Assembly: GCA_036012755.1 (NCBI GenBank) | Contig: DASCPX010000067.1 | Location: 1-47,545, forward strand | DNA length: 47,545 nt | From: Myxococcota bacterium | GTDB lineage: Bacteria; Myxococcota_A; UBA796; CAJQPC01 | Direction of reading: 5' to 3' | Part shown: in pieces, positions 9,519 through 18,067 of the stretch | Layout: each line of letters starts with the position of its first letter | How positions within the stretch are numbered: position 1 is the stretch's first letter | Notes under the pieces: model-generated | What the model was told of the DNA's origin: nothing | Seen by the model: the letters and a program-made list of their open reading frames with translations, nothing else | The model's database searches: none | Made by a program: the position numbers and the translations under genes

Positions 9519-9587
9519 CGCCACAAAGTGTGGCGGATGGGACGGACAAGACAGGCTTCTCGGGCCAAAACGCCACAGTTTGTGGCG
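9519..9587. promoter_or_regulatory. Pair of palindromes CGCCACA-N3-TGTGGCG (operator-like)
   Basis: Perfect 7-bp arms at 9519-9535 (AAG spacer) and 9571-9587 (GTT spacer), 52 bp apart. Confidence 0.5.
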
Positions 9588-9604
9588 CTTCGCGTTCAGA
9601 AGGC

Positions 9605-9802
9605 TCAGCGGGAGAGTCCGCTGAGCATGGCGCCGATGCGCTGGAGGTCGCCCTGCAGCTCCGTGTCCAGCCGCAGCATCTGAAAGACCGCGAACACCTC
9701 GCCGGCGCTGCCCAGGGCGATTCGAAAGTGGTTCCTGCCAGCGGCCGTCTTCCGGCCCCGGCCGCAGCCCTCGGCGATGTTCAGGACGACGAGTCCCGAG
9801 GT
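9605..9802 (-). pseudogene. 5'-truncated four-helix-bundle protein (23S rRNA IVS protein-like family)
   Basis: My translation is TSGLVVLNIAEGCGRGRKTAAGRNHFRIALGSAGEVFAVFQMLRLDTELQGDLQRIGAMLSGLSR*, with NIAEG and F.IA.GS..E signatures. An in-frame TAG lies at 9803-9805 and the first helix is absent. Confidence 0.75.
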
Positions 9803-9887
9803 CTAGGCCCGCACCCGAGGCTCGATCATCGGGCGTCGATCATCGAGATCGAGACTCGACAGGCCGGGATCAACGTGCACCAAGCTC

Positions 9888-10844
9888 CTAGAGCGTCGAT
9901 TCGAGCTGGCTGATCGAGTACTTGATCGCGTCTGACAGGCCCCAGTCACGGACCCGGAACCTCATCAGCGCGACGCCGTCCTGCAGCCTCCACCGGGTCA
10001 TCTGCCGGCTGGAGAAGCGTCGCTGAGGCTCCTCCGGGTAGCGGCGCTCGTAGTCGAGCTCCGACAAGAGCGAGCCACACACCGCCTCGATGCACCGCTG
10101 GGTGCCTGCGTCCATGCGGTCCCTCCACTTGTTCGCGTTGGTCGAGACGATGCCCCGCTGGCCCTTCGTGTCGCCGAGGTTCTCGCTGGCTCGGCCCGGG
10201 TCGAGCATGCGCTCGTCGAAGGCCAGGTCGCAGTGCTCTGCGATGCGGGTCAGCTCTTGTTCGGGGTCCTGCAGCAGGTCCTCGTAGCGGAGCTGGAGGT
10301 AGTCGCCGACGCCCGCGTGACAGCAGTCCCTGACCTCGTCGGCCCAGCGCTGGGCGTTCCGCAGCACGTGCTTGCCCCAGGCCTTGTGCGAGGAGAGGCA
10401 GACATCGCGCACGTCTCGCACGATGTGGACGAAGCGCGCCTCTGGCCAGAGCTGCTTCAGCAGGGGCAGGTGGCTGCGGTAGTTCGGCGACTTGTCTCCC
10501 CAGATCGCCGCGGAGGCGAAGGGGACATCGCCGTCGATGCGGCAGAGGGCCTCGAAGACGCCTTGCAGATCGTGGCTCTCGCAGGTCCGATACCAGGTGT
10601 CCGCGCCGATGAGCCGCCCATCGTCGGCCATGTACTTGAAGTACATCATCCGCGTGACCCAGGCATAGAAGTCGTTGAAGCGCCGCGAGTCCGAGAGGTC
10701 TCCCCAGTCCTTGTCGACCATCCGGGGCAGGAACTCGGTCTCGAAGTCGGGGATGCCGATCCGAGGGTGCTGCTTGACGAGATCACGGAGCAGCTTGGTG
10801 CCGCTGCGGGGGGCGCCCACGATGAACAGCGGACCGGTGAACAT
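9888..10844 (-). CDS. PAPS-dependent sulfotransferase
   Basis: FIVGAPRSGTKLL, WGDKSP, HIVRDVRDVCLS and RYEDLLQDPE. Confidence 0.9.
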   Translation of the reverse strand: MFTGPLFIVGAPRSGTKLLRDLVKQHPRIGIPDFETEFLPRMVDKDWGDLSDSRRFNDFYAWVTRMMYFKYMADDGRLIGADTWYRTCESHDLQGVFEALCRIDGDVPFASAAIWGDKSPNYRSHLPLLKQLWPEARFVHIVRDVRDVCLSSHKAWGKHVLRNAQRWADEVRDCCHAGVGDYLQLRYEDLLQDPEQELTRIAEHCDLAFDERMLDPGRASENLGDTKGQRGIVSTNANKWRDRMDAGTQRCIEAVCGSLLSELDYERRYPEEPQRRFSSRQMTRWRLQDGVALMRFRVRDWGLSDAIKYSISQLESTL

Positions 10845-10894
10845 GCGGGTCAGCTAACGCGCGCGGCCGGCTCGCTCGCCCGATATGGGACTGC

Positions 10895-13294
10895 GTGGCG
10901 CTGAGGTGGAACGACGGACAACGCAAGCTCACCCTGAGCGTGCACGACGCCATCGACGTCGGCCCGCCGAGCGGACACCTGCGCTCCGGGGCCTTTGTCT
11001 CCCGGGCCCGGCTCCAGGCCGGCACAGAGGCCCACGTCGCCTGGCAGGGCTGGCGCAAGAGCCAGGACGAGAGCTTCGCCGCCGAGGTCAGCGTCAAGGT
11101 CAGCGTCGTCGTGCGCGACTGGGAGTGCGTGCTGCGCGGTCGCATCGACGGGCTCTCGGACGTCGACGGTCGGCTGGTCGTCGAGGAGCTCAAGAGCAGC
11201 GCGCTGGACGGAGACCAGCTCGGTCGCGCCCAGGCTCACGACTGGCCCGCGTACACGGCCCAGGTCGCCCTCTACCGCTACCTGCTCCACGCCATGGGCA
11301 AGGGCAACGCCCTCGGTCGCCTGGTGCTGGTGTCCCTGGTCGACGGCACCCAGGTCAGCTTCGAGGTCGACGAGCCCCTCGAGGAGACGGAGGCCTGGCT
11401 CCGCGCGCGGCTGTCATGGATGGTCGCCGGGCGCGAGGCTCGCAACGCCTGGATGGCTCGCCGCCGGGGGGCGGAGGTGCCCTTTCCACACGCGGAGCTC
11501 CGCCCAGGGCAAGAGGCCCTCGTCGAGGCCGCAACAGACGGCGCCGCTCGGGGCCGCCAGGTCCTGCTCTCGGCGCCGACCGGCACGGGCAAGACAGCCG
11601 CCGTGCTCCAGGGAGTGCTGCAAGAGGCCTACCGGAAGGACAAGAAGGTCTTCATCGCGACAGCCAAGGGCACCCAGCAGAGGGTCGCCGAGGCCACCCT
11701 GGAGCTCATGCGCAAAAAGGGCCTGCCCCTGCGCGCCGTGAGCATTCGCGCCAAGGAGAAGGCCTGCCTCAACGACGTGGTCGACTGTCGGCCCGAGTGC
11801 TGTGTCTACGCCGACGGCTACTTCGACCGGGTCGAGGACGCCGTGACCTCGCTGCTGAACGAGGTCGTGAAACCAGAGGACGTGCGCGCCATCGGTGAGC
11901 GCCTGCGCCTCTGTCCATTCGAGCTGTCCCTCGATCTCTCCGATCACGCCGACGTCGTCGTCGGCGACTACAACTACGTCTTCCACCCGCGCTCGCAGCT
12001 CTCGCGTCACTTCTCGGAGGACGCGGGCGAGTGGATCGTCGTCGTCGACGAGGCCCACAACCTGCCTGAGCGGGCCCGGGACCATCACTCGCCGGAGCTG
12101 AGAGCGGAGGACGCGCTGCGGGCTGCGGAGGCCCTGGAGGCCGAGGACGCGGCGCTGTTCACCGCCTGGATCCGCCTCGCTCGCGAGACCGAACAGGCCA
12201 TCGATGACTCCCTCCACCTCGTCGAACCCGACCGGGTCGAGCCCGGCCGTGTCCATCGTGGCGAGGCGGTCGTCGACCTCGTCCACCGGGTCTGGCTCGA
12301 CCTGCGCGAGCGCTACGAGGAGCTCGCCGTCGACTACCTGCTGCTGCGTCGTGCCCGCCCCACAGAGGACGAGGATCTGTTCTCCCAGCTCGCCCGGAGT
12401 GTGCAGGACTTCGCGGCCGTGCTCGAGCAGTGGCGCCGAAACGGCCAAGGCGAGGAGATCGCCAGCATCGTCAAGAGCGCTCCCTGCTCGGTGAAGCTGG
12501 TCTGCGTGGACCCCTCGCCCTGGCTCCGGCCGCGCTTTGCCGAGCTGCACGCGGTCGTGCTCATGTCGGCGACCCTGAGTCCGACTCGCTTCTATGTCGA
12601 TCTTTGCGGCCTCGACTCCGACCGCCTCGTCGAGTCCCTACACCCCTCGCCCTTCCCACCAGAGAACCTCGAGGTCGTCGTGGCCGGGCGCATCTCCACG
12701 ACCTACCGGGACCGCGCCGCCCACCGGGAGCGGACCGCCGAGCTCATCACCGAGATCGTGCAGGCCACGCCTGGCAACGTGGCGGTCTTCTACTCCTCCT
12801 TCGCGATGCTCCACGCCATCTCCCCAGAGGTCGTCGTCGAGGGGCGCGAGACCCTCCTGCAGGAGCGCCGCATGACCGAGCCGGCCCGACTGGAGCTGGT
12901 CGACAGGCTGCGGGAGCTCGGAGCCCCCCGGACGCTCCACGCCGTGCTCGGGGGCATCTTCAGCGAAGGCATCGATCTACCCGGAGGCGTCCTCAAGACC
13001 GCCGTGGTCGTTGGCCCCGCCCTGCCCATGGTCGGCCTCGAGCGCGATCTCATGCGAGCCTGGATGGAGCACCGCTACGGGGACGGCTTCGGCTATGCCT
13101 TCCTCGTTCCTGGTATGTCGCGGGTCGTACAGGCAGCCGGACGGCTCGTTCGCGGCCCGGATGACCGAGGCTGCGTCGTCCTCGTCGGGCGGCGCTTCGC
13201 CTGGAAGGACTACGCTGCGTTCTTCCCGGCGAGCTGGGCGCCTCTGAGGCCCGGCCGACCAGCCGAGGCGGTGGAGGACTTCTGGGCACGCTGA
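10895..13294 (+). CDS. DinG/Rad3-XPD family Fe-S helicase with N-terminal PD-(D/E)xK nuclease domain
   Basis: GRIDGL..VEELKS..AQVALY nuclease motifs. Helicase motifs: Q motif LRPGQ, Walker A APTGTGKT, Cys cluster CLNDVVDCRPECC...CPFE, DEAH, SAT, EGIDL and QAAGRLVR. Confidence 0.9.
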   Translation: MALRWNDGQRKLTLSVHDAIDVGPPSGHLRSGAFVSRARLQAGTEAHVAWQGWRKSQDESFAAEVSVKVSVVVRDWECVLRGRIDGLSDVDGRLVVEELKSSALDGDQLGRAQAHDWPAYTAQVALYRYLLHAMGKGNALGRLVLVSLVDGTQVSFEVDEPLEETEAWLRARLSWMVAGREARNAWMARRRGAEVPFPHAELRPGQEALVEAATDGAARGRQVLLSAPTGTGKTAAVLQGVLQEAYRKDKKVFIATAKGTQQRVAEATLELMRKKGLPLRAVSIRAKEKACLNDVVDCRPECCVYADGYFDRVEDAVTSLLNEVVKPEDVRAIGERLRLCPFELSLDLSDHADVVVGDYNYVFHPRSQLSRHFSEDAGEWIVVVDEAHNLPERARDHHSPELRAEDALRAAEALEAEDAALFTAWIRLARETEQAIDDSLHLVEPDRVEPGRVHRGEAVVDLVHRVWLDLRERYEELAVDYLLLRRARPTEDEDLFSQLARSVQDFAAVLEQWRRNGQGEEIASIVKSAPCSVKLVCVDPSPWLRPRFAELHAVVLMSATLSPTRFYVDLCGLDSDRLVESLHPSPFPPENLEVVVAGRISTTYRDRAAHRERTAELITEIVQATPGNVAVFYSSFAMLHAISPEVVVEGRETLLQERRMTEPARLELVDRLRELGAPRTLHAVLGGIFSEGIDLPGGVLKTAVVVGPALPMVGLERDLMRAWMEHRYGDGFGYAFLVPGMSRVVQAAGRLVRGPDDRGCVVLVGRRFAWKDYAAFFPASWAPLRPGRPAEAVEDFWAR

Positions 13295-14712
13295 GCTCCC
13301 GCGAGCTGCTCGCGCACCGCGCTCCCTTCGAGGAGCTCGAGGCGGCGGTCCTGGAGCGGGATCTCGCCCTCTCCGGCGAGGTCAGCCCAGGGGTGGTCGC
13401 CCAGCTGCGCTACGTGCTCAACTTCGCCAAGCTGACCCAGATCCGCGACCAGCACGGGGTCGATCACGACGTGCGCGAAGCCCTGGGGACCCACGCCTGG
13501 AAGGTCAGCGATCGGCTTCGCACCAGGCTCGAGGACGAGGACCACCTCGGGCCGGCGGTCCGCGTGCTGCCCGGGCTGCTCGAGGACACGAAGATGCGCC
13601 GACGGGTGCTCGTCGACAACCTCGGCATCGATCCTGCTCGCATCGACCACGAGGTCACCGTGCGCAAGCTCGTGCTGGTCCTCGGCGGTGGTGGTGGCGC
13701 CGGGTTCGGCTACGCCGGGCTGCTCACACAGCTCCACCGGGCCGACCTCCAGCCCGAGCTCATCGTCGGTACCTCGATCGGCTCGCTGCTGGGCTGCTTC
13801 CGCGCGCGGACCCGTGTCCACGACCTCGCCCGCCTCGTCGAGGCCAACAAGCGCCTGAGCTGGTCTCGGGTGTTCTCCCTGGGACCCGAGCCCTCGCGCT
13901 ACGGCCTCCCCGCCACCATGCGGCTCCACTTGAGGCGGGCCATCGGCGAGTTCCTGTTGAACGAGGAGGGCCGCGTGATGGCGCTCTCCGAGCTCGAGAT
14001 CCCCTTCTACGTCGTGGCGACGGGGCTCACCGTCGACGCCCTGAAGCACGACCTCGGCTACTACGAGCACTTCCTCGACGATGTCGTCAAGCCGGGCTTC
14101 GTCTTCCGGGCCTCCCGACTGCGTCACATCTCGAAGGTGGCGAACCTGTTCAAGGAGTTCGCCAGCACGCCAGAGGCCTTGCGCAAGGTCGTCTTCGGCT
14201 TCGACCCCGGCACAGAGGACGTCGACTGCATCGACGCCACCGGCTTCTCCTGCAGCGTGCCCGGCCTGTTGCACTACGACGTGCACCGGGACGACCAGCG
14301 CATGAAGCACCTCCTGGACCAGCTCTACGCCGACTACGGCATCACGCGGCTCACAGAGGGTGGCGTGGTCGACAACGTGCCGGCGCGGGTCGCCTTCAAG
14401 GCGGCGATGCAGGGGAGGCTGGAGGGCCACCGCAACTGCTTCATCCTGGCGGTCGACTGCTTCGCCCCGCGGCCTTCGACGCTCATCTTCTACCCGATTC
14501 AGCAGGTCGCCCGCGCCAACGTCATCAAGAGCCGCCCCTACGCCAACATCTACCTCCCCCTGTCGCGCACGCTGTCGCCCTTGAACCTCGTGCCGAAGCC
14601 CAGCGATGTCGCCCGCGCCAGTCGCTGGGCCATGCGTGACCTCGAGCCCCACCTGCCGCTGATCAAGTCGATCTTCACGCCCTATCCGGCCCTGGAGGCC
14701 GCGACGCGATAA
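13291..14712 (+). CDS. Patatin-like phospholipase
   Basis: LGGGGGAG, GTSIG nucleophile, SCSVPG, and EGGVVDNVP at the usual DGG position. The frame reads like coding sequence back to a CTG at 13291 that overlaps the helicase TGA. The track start is 13393, so the true start is uncertain. Confidence 0.82.
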   Translation: MSSRELLAHRAPFEELEAAVLERDLALSGEVSPGVVAQLRYVLNFAKLTQIRDQHGVDHDVREALGTHAWKVSDRLRTRLEDEDHLGPAVRVLPGLLEDTKMRRRVLVDNLGIDPARIDHEVTVRKLVLVLGGGGGAGFGYAGLLTQLHRADLQPELIVGTSIGSLLGCFRARTRVHDLARLVEANKRLSWSRVFSLGPEPSRYGLPATMRLHLRRAIGEFLLNEEGRVMALSELEIPFYVVATGLTVDALKHDLGYYEHFLDDVVKPGFVFRASRLRHISKVANLFKEFASTPEALRKVVFGFDPGTEDVDCIDATGFSCSVPGLLHYDVHRDDQRMKHLLDQLYADYGITRLTEGGVVDNVPARVAFKAAMQGRLEGHRNCFILAVDCFAPRPSTLIFYPIQQVARANVIKSRPYANIYLPLSRTLSPLNLVPKPSDVARASRWAMRDLEPHLPLIKSIFTPYPALEAATR

Positions 14713-14735
14713 GCCGCCGGCCGATGGAGGAACCC

Positions 14736-15521
14736 ATGGATCTTCAGGCCGTCCACGATCTCGCCGTCTCCGCCGCGCGCGAAGCTGGAGCCGCCATTCG
14801 CGGCTACTACAAGGACTCCTACACGGTGAAGATGAAGAGCGCGGAGAACCCGCTCACCGACGCCGATCTCGCCGCCGACCGCATCCTCGAGCAGCGCCTC
14901 AAGGACGCCTTTTTGGACACGGGCTGGCTCTCCGAGGAGACCAAGGCCGATCCCACCCGGGTCGACAAGCCCTACGCCTGGATCATCGATCCGCTGGACG
15001 GCACCCGCGAGTTCACCCTCGGCATCCCCGAGTTCTGCGTCAGCGTCGCCTTCATCCGGGGCGAGGAGGCAGTGGTCGGCGTGCTCTACAACCCCATCGA
15101 GGAGCAGCTCTTCAGCGGCATCGTCGGAGTCGGAGCCTGGCTCAACGGCGAGTCCTGCTCCACCACGGATCACGGCGCCCTGGACGGCGCTCGCGTGGTC
15201 TGCAGCCGGAGCGAGGAGAAGAAGGGCTGGTTCGACCCCTGGAAGGCCCAGCTCGACCTCATCCCAACCGGCTCGGTGGCCTACAAGTTCGGCCTCGTCG
15301 CCGCGGGTCTCGCAGAGGCCACCTTCACGAACAAGCCCCGCAACGAGTGGGACATCGCCGGTGGCGTCGCCATCGTCCACGCCGCGGGCGGACGGACCTC
15401 CAACCGCCACGGCCAGCCCTATCGCTTCAACCAGCCGAACCCGCTCAAGGACGGCGTCTGTGGCACCAACGGCGCCATCCACGACAACATCCTCGGCGTG
15501 ATGAAGCAGCAGGCCGGCTGA
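14736..15521 (+). CDS. cysQ: 3'(2'),5'-bisphosphate nucleotidase / inositol monophosphatase family
   Basis: PLTDADLAA, LSEE, WIIDPLDGTREF and WDIAGG. GGAGG RBS before ATG 14736. Confidence 0.82.
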   Translation: MDLQAVHDLAVSAAREAGAAIRGYYKDSYTVKMKSAENPLTDADLAADRILEQRLKDAFLDTGWLSEETKADPTRVDKPYAWIIDPLDGTREFTLGIPEFCVSVAFIRGEEAVVGVLYNPIEEQLFSGIVGVGAWLNGESCSTTDHGALDGARVVCSRSEEKKGWFDPWKAQLDLIPTGSVAYKFGLVAAGLAEATFTNKPRNEWDIAGGVAIVHAAGGRTSNRHGQPYRFNQPNPLKDGVCGTNGAIHDNILGVMKQQAG

Positions 15522-15524
15522 AGC

Positions 15525-16703
15525 TCAGCGCTCGATGAGCACCAGCAGGTCGTCGGCCCCGTCGAGGTCGATGTCCCCCACGACCACGGACGCTGCCTGC
15601 TCGAAGGACGCGTCCGGCTCCTCCTGGATGCGGGGCCAGTCGTTGAAGCCCACGCCACCTCGGTAGACGTTCACAGAGTCACCGTGGGTGACGAGGTCGT
15701 CATGACCGTCGCCGTTGAGGTCGCCGATCGACACCGCCCCGCCCGGGAAGAGGTACTGGGGCGACCTCGAGCCGATGGCCAGCTGGCTGCCATCGAAGAG
15801 GAGGGTAGCGTCCGAGCCGAAGGCCCCTATGGCGACGTCGATGTCCCCGTCGGCGTCGATGTCCCCTGTGGCGATCGAGGAGCCGGCGTAGTCCTGCCCG
15901 AGCAGCCCGAAGAGCGAGAGGGTCCCGGCCCCCTCGATCGAGCCGCCGGGCGAGGCCGGGAGCTCGAAGACAGCGCCGACGGCCTCGTGGTCCCCGTCTT
16001 CGAAGGGTGCGCCCGCGAGCACCTCGCCCTCTCTACAGCCCAGGGCCCGGCCGAGCTGGGCCCCTTCGGTCGCCGAGGCCCAGCGGGTGCCAACCGCCGC
16101 GACCGGCAGCTCGCCGGTCTCCTCCTCGACGAGGTAGACCGCGCCTCCCAGGAGCGCCCCGGACTGTTGCCAGGGCGCCGCCAGGCCGAGGGTGTCCTCG
16201 CAGAGAGCGACGACCTCGCCGAGGTGATCGAAGGCGGCCTCGCCGTGGAGGATCAGCTCTGCGCTGGAGGCGGCGACCTCGCCGACCGGGAGCTCCGCGA
16301 AGAGCCAGGCGGCGCCTGCGTCTGGCGAGGTGGTGCCCGCGTCGGTGTCCGGACCGCCCACGAGCAGACCACGCGGCCCGTGGGAGATCGATGCGCCGAA
16401 GCGTGACTCCCGGGGGCCGACGAGATGGCCGATGGTGATGTCCTCTATGCGGACCCTCCCGAGATCGGAGGCATCCAGCACGTGCACCTCGTCGAGCTCT
16501 GGCAGCCCGACGATCAACAGACCCTCTGCGACCGCTACGGCCCAGCCCTGGCCCTGGGCCTTGGTGCCGTCGATCAACAGACCGCTGTCGATGGCCTGCC
16601 CGCGCGTCGTCGTGAGCTTGTCGTCCCCGGCCAGCACCGCCAGGAGCGAGCTTCCGGCGTCGGGGTCTCCCCCTGTGCACGCGCTGAGTACAGTCAGGAT
16701 CAC
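15525..16703 (-). CDS. FG-GAP / integrin-alpha-like repeat lipoprotein
   Basis: Repeated FGASI..LLVGGP..AGAAWLF and LAGAPF..GAVF units, Ca-binding GDIDADGDID, GDLNGDGHDD and GDIDLDGADD, and an LSAC lipobox. Confidence 0.78.
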   Translation of the reverse strand: MILTVLSACTGGDPDAGSSLLAVLAGDDKLTTTRGQAIDSGLLIDGTKAQGQGWAVAVAEGLLIVGLPELDEVHVLDASDLGRVRIEDITIGHLVGPRESRFGASISHGPRGLLVGGPDTDAGTTSPDAGAAWLFAELPVGEVAASSAELILHGEAAFDHLGEVVALCEDTLGLAAPWQQSGALLGGAVYLVEEETGELPVAAVGTRWASATEGAQLGRALGCREGEVLAGAPFEDGDHEAVGAVFELPASPGGSIEGAGTLSLFGLLGQDYAGSSIATGDIDADGDIDVAIGAFGSDATLLFDGSQLAIGSRSPQYLFPGGAVSIGDLNGDGHDDLVTHGDSVNVYRGGVGFNDWPRIQEEPDASFEQAASVVVGDIDLDGADDLLVLIER

Positions 16704-16765
16704 GTTTTCTTTCTAATAGGCCCACTTGAAGTGTCAGGATGGGTGCACCTCGAAGGGAGGATGGA

Positions 16766-17533
16766 ATGGAAGTTCGTCACCTGGTCCTCGGACTGTCGCT
16801 CGGTGGGCTCGTCGCCTGTGGAGCGGTCGGAGGCATGGCGGGAATGAGCATGGGCGAAGCGCTCAGCTACGGTCACATCGGAACCAGCGTGGTCTGTCTC
16901 GGCAGCGACGCTGGCGATCGGGCTTGGGACTGGCGAGAGGACGGGGCCTGGAACATCCAGGGCACGGTCGTGAGCCAGGACCGGGACGGCCGCAGCGTCG
17001 GCAACGTCGATCCCTGCTGGGGACCGCCCTCGCGCGTGATCGTCATCGAAGACGAGGCAGGCGCCACCTGGGCCCTCGGCTACCGCTGGCACAGCAACAG
17101 CATGGGCGACACCACGCCCGAGATCAGCGTGGAGGAGGGCGACACGGTCAGCGTCGTCTACCGGCCTGGCGAGACCCCGGGCTCCGCGGGCTTCGCCGTC
17201 TTCGACGAGGACGACAGCCTGGTCTACGCCATCGAGAGCGGTCGCGCGGGCCGTGGACTCCAGGACCACGACGTCCCGGGGCTGACGGTCAACACAGGCG
17301 AGGTCGTGGGCTCCGGCACCACCGACGACGGCTGCGAGCAGAGCGCGTACACGCTGGAGTTCGAGACGGCTACCGGCGACACCTCTTCCCTGCCCCCGGG
17401 CGGCGATGACCGGCTGGTCATCGATGAAGGGACCTCCGGCTACACCCTCTGCAACATCAACAGCTACGAGTCGGACTGCGACAACGACGTGCCGGAGAGC
17501 AGCTGGATCCTGTTCAACGGCGGGGAGATGTAG
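16766..17533 (+). CDS. Hypothetical exported acidic protein, possible lipoprotein
   Basis: GGGAGG RBS before ATG 16766, LVAC lipobox-like motif, GC3-rich codons. Confidence 0.7.
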   Translation: MEVRHLVLGLSLGGLVACGAVGGMAGMSMGEALSYGHIGTSVVCLGSDAGDRAWDWREDGAWNIQGTVVSQDRDGRSVGNVDPCWGPPSRVIVIEDEAGATWALGYRWHSNSMGDTTPEISVEEGDTVSVVYRPGETPGSAGFAVFDEDDSLVYAIESGRAGRGLQDHDVPGLTVNTGEVVGSGTTDDGCEQSAYTLEFETATGDTSSLPPGGDDRLVIDEGTSGYTLCNINSYESDCDNDVPESSWILFNGGEM

Positions 17534-17545
17534 CCCGAGAGGGGG

Positions 17546-18058
17546 CTACTCCTTCTTTGGCGCGTCGGAGTCGACGGGGTCGCCCTCGACCTTGTCCCGG
17601 ATGGCCTCTGGGACCTCGTCGACCGTTGGCATTGGCACCGGGACGACTTCGTCGCTCGGCACCAGCACCTCTGTCTCGGGGTCGAAGGTGCCGCCGGTGG
17701 TGTGCATCTGCTTCGTGTAGCTGAAGCCGTGGGGGTACTCGATGGTCACGTCGTAGCTGCCTGCGGGCAGGTTGTGGACCTCTGCGGTCGTCAGCGGGCC
17801 GAGGCGGCCGACCTTGACCCCGTTGATCGAGATGAACTCGAAGGTCGTGGACTTGTTCTGGATGTGGAGGTCGCCCGTGCCGCCGGCCTCGTCTGCCTGC
17901 TTCGGCTCGACCTGGCTCGGGAACTGCTCCGCGTCGACGAAGACCTCGAGGAAGAACTCGAGGTTCCCAGTCGTGTAGGTGGGGTCCACGTTCCAGATCC
18001 CGAAGCCTTCTGAGCCCTCTGCATGGGCGAGCGACAGCGCGGAGAGAAGGAGCAGCAT
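17546..18058 (-). CDS. Hypothetical secreted protein with a PEGA-like beta domain
   Basis: Signal MLLLLSALSLAHA and GDLHIQN...ISINGVKVG...LPAGSYDVTIE. GAGG RBS overlaps the upstream stop. Confidence 0.7.
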   Translation of the reverse strand: MLLLLSALSLAHAEGSEGFGIWNVDPTYTTGNLEFFLEVFVDAEQFPSQVEPKQADEAGGTGDLHIQNKSTTFEFISINGVKVGRLGPLTTAEVHNLPAGSYDVTIEYPHGFSYTKQMHTTGGTFDPETEVLVPSDEVVPVPMPTVDEVPEAIRDKVEGDPVDSDAPKKE

Positions 18059-18067
18059 GGTTTTCCT

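Noticed and set aside
9605..9802. Diversity-generating retroelement suggested by the Avd-related fold
   Set aside because: No reverse transcriptase and no TR/VR repeat pair were seen in the window.
10895..11460. Cas4/CasDinG CRISPR association
   Set aside because: No array or other cas genes, and the nuclease domain lacks the Cas4 Cys cluster.
17531..17548. TAGCCC-N6-GGGCTA inverted repeat between convergent stops (similar at 21373-21392)
   Set aside because: Short, partly created by the two stop codons, and without a clear U-tract. Too weak to call a terminator.
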